Shown here one piece after another: positions 54,621-64,000 of a stretch of DNA of 64,000 bases. The stretch is from a virus. Made by a program: the position numbers and the translations under genes. Position 1 is the stretch's first letter. Each line of letters begins with the position of its first letter. The notes under the pieces were generated by a model. That model worked only from the letters and a program-made list of their open reading frames with translations. It was not told where the DNA came from and made no database searches. Location: IMG/VR virus record IMGVR_UViG_3300034782_000062, positions 64,001-128,000 of that record; one strand, 5' to 3'.

Positions 54621-55514
54621 ATGGCGGTCAGAATTGATGTTTTAAAAGCGCTTAGCTCGCAGACCTATCTTCTCGGATACGAGGAGAGGATCAGTATGGA
54701 TCCTGAGCTTGCTCAGAACAACGGCGTCGTCGTTGGTCAGCAAGTCCGGATCAAGAGCAAGAAGAAGCCTGAAAGATATGCAGCGTACACGGTGCACCAG
54801 TTCATGCAAGACGGCACCGATGATAACGACGTTCGGATGGCCCTCGCTGGTCGTCAGCGTATGGACTACTCTGACAGCTTCAGCGGCTACCTGGAGGGCT
54901 GTGACGAGGTTGCCCTTCAGGGTAAGACCGAGCAGTGGCTCGACGACAACAACGAGTTCGGAGAGTTTCTCGACGAGACGTCGACAAATCATACAAAGAT
55001 CGTCGTGTGCGCGCCTCATGGCGGCATCATTGAAAACTACACCGACGAAGAGGCCGAGCGCGTCTACTCGGAGCTTGATGGTCAGGGTAAGGATGTTTCG
55101 TCCTGGCGATGCAAAGGATGGCAGGACGCCATTGGCGCCTACGATGCCTGGCACATCACCTCGACAGAAATCAGCCCTGAGAGCTTCCCGCTTCTTGGGT
55201 CGATCCAGAATCGCGGCTTCGATTACGCCGTGTCTTTTCATGGTTACGGCGAGGCGGACATTGCGGTCGGAGGAGGCGCCCCTGTGGCGCTTAAGCAGGA
55301 AATCGCCGACGCCATCGCGGCAATTTCGGGGCTCCCCTACGACGTGTCGGTGCTCACCGGTGGCGAGTATAGCGGAACGAGTCCTGACAACTTCGTCAAC
55401 TGGCTGACATCCGCTGGAAACGGAATTCAGATCGAGCAGCCCTATGGCGCCCGACGGGACTACTGGCAGCAGATAGCTGACGCTGTCGCTAGCGTCTTCG
55501 CGTCGAAGATCTGA
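54621..55514 (+). CDS. Poly-gamma-glutamate hydrolase (PghP/DUF867 family) with an extra N-terminal domain
   Basis: APHGG.IE..T, HITST, SFHG, I.VGG, G..P.NFVN, GIQIE. Confidence 0.8.
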   Translation: MAVRIDVLKALSSQTYLLGYEERISMDPELAQNNGVVVGQQVRIKSKKKPERYAAYTVHQFMQDGTDDNDVRMALAGRQRMDYSDSFSGYLEGCDEVALQGKTEQWLDDNNEFGEFLDETSTNHTKIVVCAPHGGIIENYTDEEAERVYSELDGQGKDVSSWRCKGWQDAIGAYDAWHITSTEISPESFPLLGSIQNRGFDYAVSFHGYGEADIAVGGGAPVALKQEIADAIAAISGLPYDVSVLTGGEYSGTSPDNFVNWLTSAGNGIQIEQPYGARRDYWQQIADAVASVFASKI

Positions 55515-55526
55515 TTCGGAGGGTCC

Positions 55527-55811
55527 ATGGCCGAGGAACGACATGCTCATCAGGAGAATTACCCCTACCACGAGGAGCATTACGACGGTGGGAAGCTGGC
55601 GCACGAGATTTTTGCCGCTGGCTATGAGTCAAGCGCTATCGTTCATCCGTCGTCGCGCGTGGACTACAACTACCAAGGGAATGTCCTGATCGGTGAGACT
55701 GTGACTACGAGGGATGAGGATGGAAACGTCGTTTCGACGGTCGAGTACGAGTGGTACACCGAAAAGGTCGGCAATAAAGAGACACGACGCAAAGTGAGGG
55801 TGCAGCCATGA
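55527..55811 (+). CDS. Small hypothetical structural-operon protein
   Basis: SD GGAGGG. Confidence 0.7.
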   Translation: MAEERHAHQENYPYHEEHYDGGKLAHEIFAAGYESSAIVHPSSRVDYNYQGNVLIGETVTTRDEDGNVVSTVEYEWYTEKVGNKETRRKVRVQP

Positions 55812-56575
55812 CGGCAGGAATACCAGGAACGAGAGGCATCGTCCTCCCGACGATGACTGATGACGGTCGTCTGACTGTCGCGGCTCGACCTCACTACAAT
55901 AACATGGACTGGCCCGATTTCTGGGCAGACCGTGGAGACGATCTCGATGCTGTTGCTCCGGCTCGAAGTGTTTCGATGGGCCAGGATATGTTCGTCAGCG
56001 GGAGTTCCGAAGGTGATCACGATATTGCTTTCAGGTTCAACGAGGCGGTCCAGGTCCGTGGAGGAGAGGCTTGGCTATTAACTCCGTTTAACAGGCTCGA
56101 CTTTGCAAGCGTTGAGCTTTTTGCATCGGCGACACCTGTGGTTGAAAACGCTGGATCAGGTAACTGCAACCTAATTCCGACTGGAGCTGGGTTCAACGTT
56201 ATCGTACCGGATGCTGAGGGCGATGGGTCGCACGACGTTGACTTGGAAGCCAAGATTGGGACCTCCGCGGTGCATCAAGCGTCTATCGTTCCAGCATCTG
56301 CTGGCAACGGATTTTTTGACTACGACCTGGACACGAACGTGATCACCCCGAATGAATCGCAGGAAGGTGGCTACAATCTCTACGATGCTGAGATCCGTCT
56401 CCAGCGTTTTTTGAACCACGTTCGGATTCGAGAGGAGCTTACGAGCTTTATGGGGCAAGAAGCGAAGTTGGTGCTGCCCCATTGGAGCTGGCGCGTCATT
56501 CTTCATCATGGTGCAGGAAGTCACAACGTTGAGCTGTGCTTCCGCCTCATGATGTACAGGCAGACTTCGTACTAG
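55808..56575 (+). CDS. Hypothetical structural-operon protein
   Basis: ATGA overlap; beta-rich. Confidence 0.7.
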   Translation: MTAGIPGTRGIVLPTMTDDGRLTVAARPHYNNMDWPDFWADRGDDLDAVAPARSVSMGQDMFVSGSSEGDHDIAFRFNEAVQVRGGEAWLLTPFNRLDFASVELFASATPVVENAGSGNCNLIPTGAGFNVIVPDAEGDGSHDVDLEAKIGTSAVHQASIVPASAGNGFFDYDLDTNVITPNESQEGGYNLYDAEIRLQRFLNHVRIREELTSFMGQEAKLVLPHWSWRVILHHGAGSHNVELCFRLMMYRQTSY

Positions 56576-56588
56576 ACAGGTAATATCG

Positions 56589-58556
56589 ATGAGCAACATC
56601 TTCATAACAGGAATAAGTGGCAGTGGCATCTACGCGGTTCCGGAAGACGCTGCGGCGCTTCAGTCCGCTGAGGCCGGGCTCCAGACCCTTCTCTCGGGTG
56701 TAATGGGGCTCTCCTTCGATAAGGCGTATTCCTGGGTGAAGACGTCGGATGGGGCTGGTGCATCGAGGACGCTCAACTGTCTCCTCGTCAACGCTCAATA
56801 CATGGGCGTTATGTGCCCAAGCTCTGCTCAGATAGCGGCCATGACCGCAGCCATTCAGACGCAGCTCCTTGGTGACCCAAACATCGTTTCTGTATCCGTG
56901 CAGGACGTCAACCTTGTCATCGATTCAGGGGGCGCCGGTATCTGGCTTCGTAACTCGGCCACCGGCAGGGTCGAGCTGGTAGACCCTGGTGACTTTGTGT
57001 CGCTTGGCGGAATCGGTGATCCATCAAGTCTCTTTGTCGGAGAGGGTTCAAGTGAGGAGCCGTCCGCTCCGACGTCGTATCTGTACGAGTATGATAGCTC
57101 TGCTCCTTCTGGTTCGAGGTTTACACAGATCGATCCTTCAAGCGGATTCCCATGGACACAGCTCGGCGGAATCAATGACGCTCTCTACATTGGCGTAGAT
57201 AGCAAGCACTACGCGTGGATATTCGAGGTGGCGACGGCAAAGGATTCTACGCCTGTAGTAGTGGAGATTTGGAATGGGGCGAGCTGGGATCCGTTTGACA
57301 AAGCAACCTATCCCCAAGGCGTTGATACAAACAGGGGTCCAAATTTCTGGGAGAACATTGAGATCCAAGTCGTGCAGGTTGACAAATATGTCGAGCAGTC
57401 CACCTGGGCGCAGGCAGATAATGTTTTGGATGAGGTTCCCAATACGGGCACCTCACTGTATTGGGTGAGGTTCCGCAATACAGCAGTTGTCGGTACCTCG
57501 GCCGTAATCGCAAGCATCAATCTCCGGGGGAGCGGATTTGAGTACAACGGTGTCGCCGAGGCAATGAGGCTTTGGGGCACCGCCCGGAAGCGAGTCCGAG
57601 AAAGATTCTTTCTTGCAAACATGGTTCTCGGCGAGCCCCCATGGGTGAATTTTTCTGATATCACCGCGGTGACGTCGTCGATGCCAAACCCGGGAAGCAC
57701 ATCGCGACGAATCCATGTCTTCGGAACCTCGCAGCCGAGCAATCTCAACGCTCAGTGGAAGGGGTATGCGGTTCACCAATCAGGAAGCTGGACATGGATA
57801 GATGGAAATGCTGGACACCGTCGGTGGATGGTACTCTGTTTTATTGCGGGGTCGGGGCCTGGGGCGTGGCATATCAATGCTGGTGACAACATAACACTCA
57901 CGGTTGATGGTAATCCGTTTACCGTTTACCTGCCTGAGCTAGAGATCGTAGAGGGGCAAGAGGTATATCTCTATGTGGACCAGAACGGTAGCACATACAA
58001 TGCCGCTGGAATCTACGCTCCCGACTTCTTCTCGCTCGCCTATCAGGCGCCGACTGGCTATTCGCCAGCAAGGAGGGGGCTCGGTCCAGCCGCTGGTGCC
58101 CCTGACGGAGAACTCCAGTCCGGAGGAATGAGCTACGAGAACGATCACAGGATGGGTGTTTCGTTCACCTATGTGCTTCCACCGGCACTTGATAACGGCT
58201 CGAAGCTGAGAATCTTTCTTGGCCTGGCCCCGGGCGGAACGGGCAACTACGACTGGCACGTCGATGCCAAGGCACTGAGTTTGGGAGATCAGGTCGGGGC
58301 TATTTTTCCGCCTGATATATCGTTTGACACGATTATCACCTACACGCCTGCCGAGTCTGGACGAGTCCAATCGACGCTTCTGTCGACCGACTACTCAAGA
58401 ATGATTTCGGTTGAAGGAATCGATGATCGAGGCGGTGTAGTAATCAGGCTTGCCAGGGACGCAACGATTGCGAACCCCAATGATACTGGTGGAGATATCG
58501 TGATCGTCGAGTTTGGGGTCGAGTACGTTGTACAAGACCTTGGCCGTGCATCATAA
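56589..58556 (+). CDS. Virion-like protein with MSN module and beta-sandwich-rich body
   Basis: N-terminus aligns with those at 50129, 58578 and 63490. Confidence 0.7.
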   Translation: MSNIFITGISGSGIYAVPEDAAALQSAEAGLQTLLSGVMGLSFDKAYSWVKTSDGAGASRTLNCLLVNAQYMGVMCPSSAQIAAMTAAIQTQLLGDPNIVSVSVQDVNLVIDSGGAGIWLRNSATGRVELVDPGDFVSLGGIGDPSSLFVGEGSSEEPSAPTSYLYEYDSSAPSGSRFTQIDPSSGFPWTQLGGINDALYIGVDSKHYAWIFEVATAKDSTPVVVEIWNGASWDPFDKATYPQGVDTNRGPNFWENIEIQVVQVDKYVEQSTWAQADNVLDEVPNTGTSLYWVRFRNTAVVGTSAVIASINLRGSGFEYNGVAEAMRLWGTARKRVRERFFLANMVLGEPPWVNFSDITAVTSSMPNPGSTSRRIHVFGTSQPSNLNAQWKGYAVHQSGSWTWIDGNAGHRRWMVLCFIAGSGPGAWHINAGDNITLTVDGNPFTVYLPELEIVEGQEVYLYVDQNGSTYNAAGIYAPDFFSLAYQAPTGYSPARRGLGPAAGAPDGELQSGGMSYENDHRMGVSFTYVLPPALDNGSKLRIFLGLAPGGTGNYDWHVDAKALSLGDQVGAIFPPDISFDTIITYTPAESGRVQSTLLSTDYSRMISVEGIDDRGGVVIRLARDATIANPNDTGGDIVIVEFGVEYVVQDLGRAS

Positions 58557-58577
58557 CGAGGCGTTTGGAGAGATACG

Positions 58578-61500
58578 ATGAGTAACATTTTCGTCACAGA
58601 CATCATCGGTACCGGAACCTATGCCGTTCCTACGGACGATACGGAGCTTGCCTCTGCGTCCTCAGGACTTAACACGTTGCTTGGTGGCGTCGCGAACTTG
58701 ACCTACGATCGCGTTTTGGCGTGGGTCGAGGACTCCGGTGGTCCAGGTGGCGCTGAAGGCAATCGAACCCTGAACTGCCTCATCGAAAAATTCACCTATC
58801 TAACAGACGAATGTCCGTCTGAGGCCAACGTCGACACGATGATCGCCGCGATTGAGTCGACGCTTGAAGCCGATGCCAACATCACGTCCGTCGACAGGCA
58901 GGATGTACACATCTTCCAGGCGGGCGCCTACTTCTTGTGGAATCGAGACTCCGCCGGTGGGTTCCTCTATCCGAACACGGCGACCGACGATGTCGCGGTT
59001 GGGCCGTTCGCAAGTCCAAACGGTAAGTGGTTCGACGATGGTGACCTCGTCCTGGGGACGGACGCCATGGTCGGCGCCGAGCAGCTCTATATCCTCGATG
59101 ACGATGAGACGGCGAACAACGTTGGTGCGAGGGCTCGTACCGAGAAGGATTCGACCGGAACAAAAGCCGGATGGACAGGCTTCGTTTCAGAGGTGCAGCA
59201 CACAGGAGCAGGCCCCGGAACCCTCTATCTTGGCTTCGCTTCCTCGAACACCTACAACAACGCTGCTGCTGATATCGATGATGACATCGGATTTGTCTGT
59301 AACCCAACCGTCACGGCTGTCAATTCCTTCGATAGGCTGACTGGGTTCTTCTCACAGCCTACGATTGCGGCCGGGCAGACGGTCACTCGATATAAGGGTG
59401 TGTCGATCGATGGCATCAATGGCGCAGGCACGGTAACGACGTCGACAGGGATCGAGGTCAACGACGTCGGTCTCAACTCGACGACGACCTACGGAATCGA
59501 GATTGACGCTCAGACCGGAACGACAGCACGCGGCATCTACTGCGATGACTCCATCGAGCTGACGGGCACCATCGTTATCGGAGAGAACGCCGACCATACG
59601 GTGGCTCCAGCGGCCGGAACAGGGCTGCTGTGGGTGCGGAGCGATACACCGAACCGGGTTATTTTCACAGATGACGCCGGCACTGATCAGGTGCTCCAGT
59701 TTGGCTGGACCGAGTCCGAGGTCATCTACGTCGCAAAGTTCGGAAGTGACGCGAACGATGGCCAGTCGCTCACCGAGCCAAAGTTGACGGTTGGTGCGGC
59801 TATTACAGCCGCTGCGGCTCTGACTCCAAGCGCAACGAACCCGATCGTTATCTACGTATACCCAGGTGTCTACTCCGAGCAGATTGTTCTGTCGAGCGAT
59901 TATGTATCGCTGTTCGGTGTTGGTGGTCCTGACAGCGTGATCATTGAAGACGATACGGATGCGAGCCAAGTCCTCAGGATGGGGGCTTGTGACAATATCG
60001 AGGTGCGAAACATTCACTTCCGTGGCATCACGAACAACGTTGACGCTATTACCTGTGCTCAATTCACACTGAACAACATTTTCAGGAATTGCAAGTTTAC
60101 GTCAAAGGGGACCGGGCGATCGGAGCTTGATGGTGGGTTCGCAAGCAACCGCCTGGTCATGGATTTTTATAACTGTGTATTCACACACGCGGACAATGAT
60201 GGTGTGAACGATCCTGTCGCCATCTTTATGGATGACGCGACCCTCAACTTCAACGACTGCACCTTCGAGGGTCGAGGCACCGTGAATAACGGTGTCATCA
60301 GCGTTTACAAGAGCTGCAAGTTCAGAGCCGCGACAAGTGCAGCGGCGACGCCTATATGGACGTTTACTAGCGCGGTTACGATGCTGGGGTGTGACGCCGA
60401 AAACACCAACGTTGGTAACGTCTTCGAGCTTGATGTAGCTGGATGCCAATTCCTTGGTGGACGACTATGGGCGGGCAGTGATGCCTCGGCGCGCGAGCTT
60501 TCTTCGACATTCACAACAAAATGGAGGGTCGCCTGCTCCGGTGTCGTGATGAACAACGGCATGGCAGGCACCATCTACCGGGACGAGCTGATTCACTACG
60601 TCGGTGACTCCGGGGACTGCGACTTCCACGTCTCGCTCGAAGCTGCTTGCGACGGCCTGCTCAACACAGGTGGGACCGTCTACCTCATGCGCGATGTGAC
60701 GGTTGGCTCGAACATCGACAACCAGCATCAGTCTCTGACCATCGACGGGATGAACAACTACAGCATTGACCGTGGAAGCGATGCGCTGTTGTTCGAGCAG
60801 AACGGCTTCGACCCCCAGGTCTTCACGCTGAAGAACGTCGAGATTATCCAGGGCCGGATCGAGTGGGACAGGGTACAGGCCGGAGTGCTTAACCTAGTAC
60901 AGGTTACTGGTGGAACGCGCATCATTATCGACAACTACGTCGCCGGCAAAGAGGTCAATATCCAGAACTGCGATATCACCGTCGCGGCGACGGACCAGCC
61001 ATTTATCGACTTCATCGGGGGCGCTGCCTGCCCGCTGATTATCCGGCAGTCGAGACTGGAGGGTAATGGTACGCAGCCGGCGATCGATCTTGATGTCTCC
61101 GCGACAGCTCTGGATGTGTCCTACTCGGTGCTGACCGAGGGCTCAACGGCGGGGACACCGATCTCGAATCCTCCTGGCGCTGTATCGATGATCAGTCATC
61201 ACAATCTTTACAGCACAAGCCCGTTCGGAGGTAACCTCTCAAACAGTGTTACGAACCCCTACGATTCTCCGATCGGATCGGCTGGAGCAAGCCCGTGGAC
61301 GAGTGCCGCTGGCGTCATCTATCCGGCGACGGGTACCGATGATGTCGCAATTGGCTCGACGACGATGGCGGGAGCTGAGCGTCTCTACATCCTTGATGAG
61401 GATGAGACAGGGAATATCGTCGGGGCCAGGGCGCGAGTAGAGAAGGACTCGACGGGAACGAAGGCCCAGTGGACTGGGTATGTAGCCGAAGTGCAGCACA

Positions 61501-63431
61501 CAGGCACAGGCGCTGGGACTCTGTACATTGGTTTCGCCTCGTCGAACACTTTCAATAATGCCTCGGCCGACATCGACGACGACATCGGGTTCGTTTACAA
61601 CCCGACGATTACGGCGGTCAACTCCTTCGACCGTGCGGCTGGTCTGCTTGTTCAGCCGACGGTCGCGGCTGGTCAGACCCTCACGACATACAAGGCTGTT
61701 TCTATTGACGGAGTCAATGGTACAGGAACGATCACGACATCGACGGGTGTCGATATCAACGACATCGGGCTCAATTCGACGACGACCTACGGGATTTATA
61801 TTGCCGCTCAGACTGGAACGACGACTTGGGGCATTTACCAAGCCGGCACGGGAGAGCAAAACTACTTCGCGGGTCAGGCGACCTTTGGAACGACGTCTCC
61901 TCTGACTACCCGCAGGGTCTATGTCGAGGTGGATGACGGTGAGTCGTACACTCGGGGTGTCGAGGCGAGGTTTGTCAAGAATGGGGCCTCGGGCGCGCAA
62001 TCCTTTACCGGCTTTGAAGCATCGGTAAGGCACACAGGTAATCAGGCTGGCTTGTCCTATTTCGGGTATTCGATGGACATCAACTTCTCGCCGAGCGCTA
62101 CTCAGAACTTGACGAGGCTTGTTGGTTACGAGTCTGCTCCTGGCTCAGGAAGTAACGCGACGATCTCAGAAATCGTCGGATTCCGGGCCACCACTGACGA
62201 GCTTGATGGCGCCATTACCAACTGGTATGGGCTCGAAGTCGAGCAGCCGAATACCGTCGGAACTGGCATCACGAACGCCTACGGTGTCTACATCGAGGAT
62301 CAGAGTGGAAACACTCTTTCCTACGGGATCTATCAGGAGGCTGCGACGGACAGTAACTACTTTGCTGGACACATCGGCGTGGCGGTTACGCCGAGTGCCA
62401 GCTACTACGTCGCAGTTCAGGACAACGAGGACACCGCTATCAGAGCCGGTTTCCGTTCTGAGCTTGTCAAGGACGGAGCTGGTAACAACAAAGACTTCAC
62501 CGGCTATCAGGCTTTTTTGACCCATAGCGGAACAGGGAGCATGTCGAATGCGAGAGGTTATGTGTTTAGCCTCTCGCAGTCGAACACCGGTGATATTTCA
62601 AGCTGCATCGCTTTTCAGGCTACGGCGACATCTTCTGCTTCTGGTGGAACCATTACGACCTATCAGGCATTTCGGGCTGATGGCTCTGTTACGTCTGGAC
62701 AGATCGCGACGGCTTATGGTTTTCGTGCCGCAAGCATGGAGGGGAATGCTGGTCAGTCTTGGGGCTTCTATCAAGAAGGAGCGAGCGACAGAAACTACTT
62801 CGCTGGTGATACTGGACTCGGAGAGTCAAATCCGCAGTACATTCTGGACGTTGATGGAGACGTGAGATTCCAGGACCATATGAGCATTGGTCCTGTTGTC
62901 ACGCCGGATAGCGAGAGAGGGATTGATCTTCGAATAGAGGCGGGCTCGGCTCCGGCTTCTACTTACGGCGTAGATGTTCTTTGCTATAAGAATACCACCG
63001 GCACCGCTACCTCGATGTACGGCTTCCGTGCAGATGGTCTTGTGAACGCTGGTACGGCTAATGACTTCCGTCATTTCGCTGCGGCGGGTGTGGGTGGTTC
63101 TGGAACGTACACGGCGGTATATGGCCTCTTCATAGATAGCCAATACTCGACATCGAACCCAACTGCGACAAACACTTACGGTATCTACCAGATCGGTTCG
63201 AATGATAAGAACTTCTTCCAGGGAAGTACTGGCTTCGGAGTTGGTGTGACTTCTCCAAGTTACACAATAGACGTGAACGGAGACATCAACGTTCAGAGCG
63301 GAAATGTTTATCGTTTCAACGGTTCTGCCGGACTGACTGGAACCTATACGTTTGGCGGTGGGTCGTCAGGTGACATCGCCTCCATGACATTTGCTGGAGG
63401 TATTCTCATAGGTGTAACGACGGTTCCGTAG
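58578..63431 (+). CDS. Large (1617 aa) tail spike/fibre-like protein with beta-helix regions and an internal duplication of about 165 aa
   Basis: MSN module; IYVAK.G.D.N.G and I.V.PG.Y.E pectate-lyase-like entry motif; repeated GIY...G beta-helical rungs. Confidence 0.75.
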   Translation: MSNIFVTDIIGTGTYAVPTDDTELASASSGLNTLLGGVANLTYDRVLAWVEDSGGPGGAEGNRTLNCLIEKFTYLTDECPSEANVDTMIAAIESTLEADANITSVDRQDVHIFQAGAYFLWNRDSAGGFLYPNTATDDVAVGPFASPNGKWFDDGDLVLGTDAMVGAEQLYILDDDETANNVGARARTEKDSTGTKAGWTGFVSEVQHTGAGPGTLYLGFASSNTYNNAAADIDDDIGFVCNPTVTAVNSFDRLTGFFSQPTIAAGQTVTRYKGVSIDGINGAGTVTTSTGIEVNDVGLNSTTTYGIEIDAQTGTTARGIYCDDSIELTGTIVIGENADHTVAPAAGTGLLWVRSDTPNRVIFTDDAGTDQVLQFGWTESEVIYVAKFGSDANDGQSLTEPKLTVGAAITAAAALTPSATNPIVIYVYPGVYSEQIVLSSDYVSLFGVGGPDSVIIEDDTDASQVLRMGACDNIEVRNIHFRGITNNVDAITCAQFTLNNIFRNCKFTSKGTGRSELDGGFASNRLVMDFYNCVFTHADNDGVNDPVAIFMDDATLNFNDCTFEGRGTVNNGVISVYKSCKFRAATSAAATPIWTFTSAVTMLGCDAENTNVGNVFELDVAGCQFLGGRLWAGSDASARELSSTFTTKWRVACSGVVMNNGMAGTIYRDELIHYVGDSGDCDFHVSLEAACDGLLNTGGTVYLMRDVTVGSNIDNQHQSLTIDGMNNYSIDRGSDALLFEQNGFDPQVFTLKNVEIIQGRIEWDRVQAGVLNLVQVTGGTRIIIDNYVAGKEVNIQNCDITVAATDQPFIDFIGGAACPLIIRQSRLEGNGTQPAIDLDVSATALDVSYSVLTEGSTAGTPISNPPGAVSMISHHNLYSTSPFGGNLSNSVTNPYDSPIGSAGASPWTSAAGVIYPATGTDDVAIGSTTMAGAERLYILDEDETGNIVGARARVEKDSTGTKAQWTGYVAEVQHTGTGAGTLYIGFASSNTFNNASADIDDDIGFVYNPTITAVNSFDRAAGLLVQPTVAAGQTLTTYKAVSIDGVNGTGTITTSTGVDINDIGLNSTTTYGIYIAAQTGTTTWGIYQAGTGEQNYFAGQATFGTTSPLTTRRVYVEVDDGESYTRGVEARFVKNGASGAQSFTGFEASVRHTGNQAGLSYFGYSMDINFSPSATQNLTRLVGYESAPGSGSNATISEIVGFRATTDELDGAITNWYGLEVEQPNTVGTGITNAYGVYIEDQSGNTLSYGIYQEAATDSNYFAGHIGVAVTPSASYYVAVQDNEDTAIRAGFRSELVKDGAGNNKDFTGYQAFLTHSGTGSMSNARGYVFSLSQSNTGDISSCIAFQATATSSASGGTITTYQAFRADGSVTSGQIATAYGFRAASMEGNAGQSWGFYQEGASDRNYFAGDTGLGESNPQYILDVDGDVRFQDHMSIGPVVTPDSERGIDLRIEAGSAPASTYGVDVLCYKNTTGTATSMYGFRADGLVNAGTANDFRHFAAAGVGGSGTYTAVYGLFIDSQYSTSNPTATNTYGIYQIGSNDKNFFQGSTGFGVGVTSPSYTIDVNGDINVQSGNVYRFNGSAGLTGTYTFGGGSSGDIASMTFAGGILIGVTTVP

Positions 63432-63489
63432 AGAACAGCATAAACCAATCGTCTTTAGGACGGTATGTTAGGGCGCGAAGGGGAATAAA

Positions 63490-64000
63490 ATGAGCAACGA
63501 CTATGTTACCGAAATCGTCGGCACCGGTACTTACGCCATTCCGTCGGATGACACGGAGCTGGCAGCCGCAACCTCGGGGCTCGATACCCTGATCAGTGGC
63601 GTCGCGAACTTGACCTACGATCGCGTGCTCGCGTGGGTCGAGGACTCAGGTGGTCCTGGTGGCGCCGAAGGGGTCCGCACTCTCAACTGCGTCATAGAAA
63701 AGATTACCTACCTGGCGAACGAGTGCCCATCGGAGACCGAAATTGATACGATGACAGCGGCCATCGAGTCAGCACTTGAGGCTGACGCGAACATTACTTC
63801 GGTCGGCCGACAGAACTTCTCGTGCTTCGCTGCAACCGGTTCGAGCCAGCTCTGGCTCCAGGATCCTGGTGGGTTCCTCTATCCATCGACAACGACTGAT
63901 GACGTAGCTGTAGGCGGCGCGATACCGAATGGCAAGTGGTTCGACGATGGCGACCTGGTCCTCGGCGGAAACGTCATGTCCGGGACCGAGCGACTTAGGG
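63490..64000 (+). CDS. Fibre-like paralog with MSN module, truncated by the window end
   Basis: My translation MSNDYVTEIVGTGTYAIPSDDTELAAATSGL...LTYDRVLAWVEDSGGPGGAEG.RTLNC closely matches the N-terminus at 58578. Confidence 0.8.
   Translation, partial: MSNDYVTEIVGTGTYAIPSDDTELAAATSGLDTLISGVANLTYDRVLAWVEDSGGPGGAEGVRTLNCVIEKITYLANECPSETEIDTMTAAIESALEADANITSVGRQNFSCFAATGSSQLWLQDPGGFLYPSTTTDDVAVGGAIPNGKWFDDGDLVLGGNVMSGTERLR

Larger units (their letters stand above)
451..59980. repeat. Dispersed spaced palindrome RTCC-(YCA|TGR)-GGAY, commonly CGTCC-CCA-GGACG; 39 exact copies
   Basis: First-base positions: 451, 1077, 1552, 4002, 4116, 4159, 5305, 5350, 5399, 6399, 6801, 6897, 7044, 7633, 8366, 9945, 10888, 11232, 12865, 16402, 18323, 22463, 25249, 28249, 29572, 31974, 37886, 38682, 38765, 41981, 42468, 43437, 45298, 45932, 46904, 50086, 50594, 59049, 59970. 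Manual count; near-matches also present. Confidence 0.95.
1..64000. mobile_element. Segment of a dsDNA bacteriophage genome (larger than the window)
   Basis: Dense co-oriented small hypothetical genes, primase, helicases, RecB-like nuclease, DenV-like glycosylase, M23 peptidase and fibre-like modular proteins; no housekeeping genes. Head and packaging genes not seen in the window. Confidence 0.9.

Noticed and set aside
58578-63431. Diversity-generating retroelement or invertase-driven fibre switching
   Set aside because: No reverse transcriptase, adenine-specific TR/VR pair, invertase or flanking inverted repeats seen in the window.

Overview
A 64 kb segment of an apparently lytic, high-GC dsDNA phage genome. 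No terminase, capsid, portal or integrase is recognisable in the window. Layout: (i) 1-1.3 kb non-coding region with a sigma70-like promoter. (ii) 1.3-18.3 kb early region, all + strand: a DUF2997-DUF1257-Ycf46 AAA-DUF3150-like module, about 25 small hypothetical genes, a DenV-like glycosylase, a ParB-HTH protein and a radical SAM enzyme. (iii) 18.4-20.9 kb: a compact Cas12m-like (type V-M) effector with RuvC-I Asp->Asn, and a 10-repeat/9-spacer CRISPR array with no cas1/cas2. (iv) 22-33 kb: recombination and replication genes (Fe-S PD-(D/E)XK nuclease, SF2 helicase, Gp3-like protein, RHH protein). (v) 33-38.4 kb: a minus-strand primase / helicase-like / ParB-methyltransferase block. (vi) 38.8-46.3 kb: M23 peptidase and membrane proteins. 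(vii) 46.5-64 kb: fibre/spike-like genes, seven of which share one N-terminal module, plus a dual-specificity phosphatase and a poly-gamma-glutamate hydrolase. Two non-coding features stand out. First, 13 sense-strand tRNA-mimicking elements punctuate the early intergenic spacers, including one directly before cas12m: three tRNA-like folds, five 34-35 nt 12-bp minihelices with a T-loop-like loop and NCCA, four 35-37 nt hairpins with a shared cap and ACCA/ACCG, and one further hairpin-ACCA. Second, a spaced palindrome RTCC-(YCA/TGR)-GGAY occurs 39 times by manual count (about 0.3 expected) and overlaps the -10/+1 region of three predicted promoters. All family assignments come from recognising motifs by eye, not from database searches.
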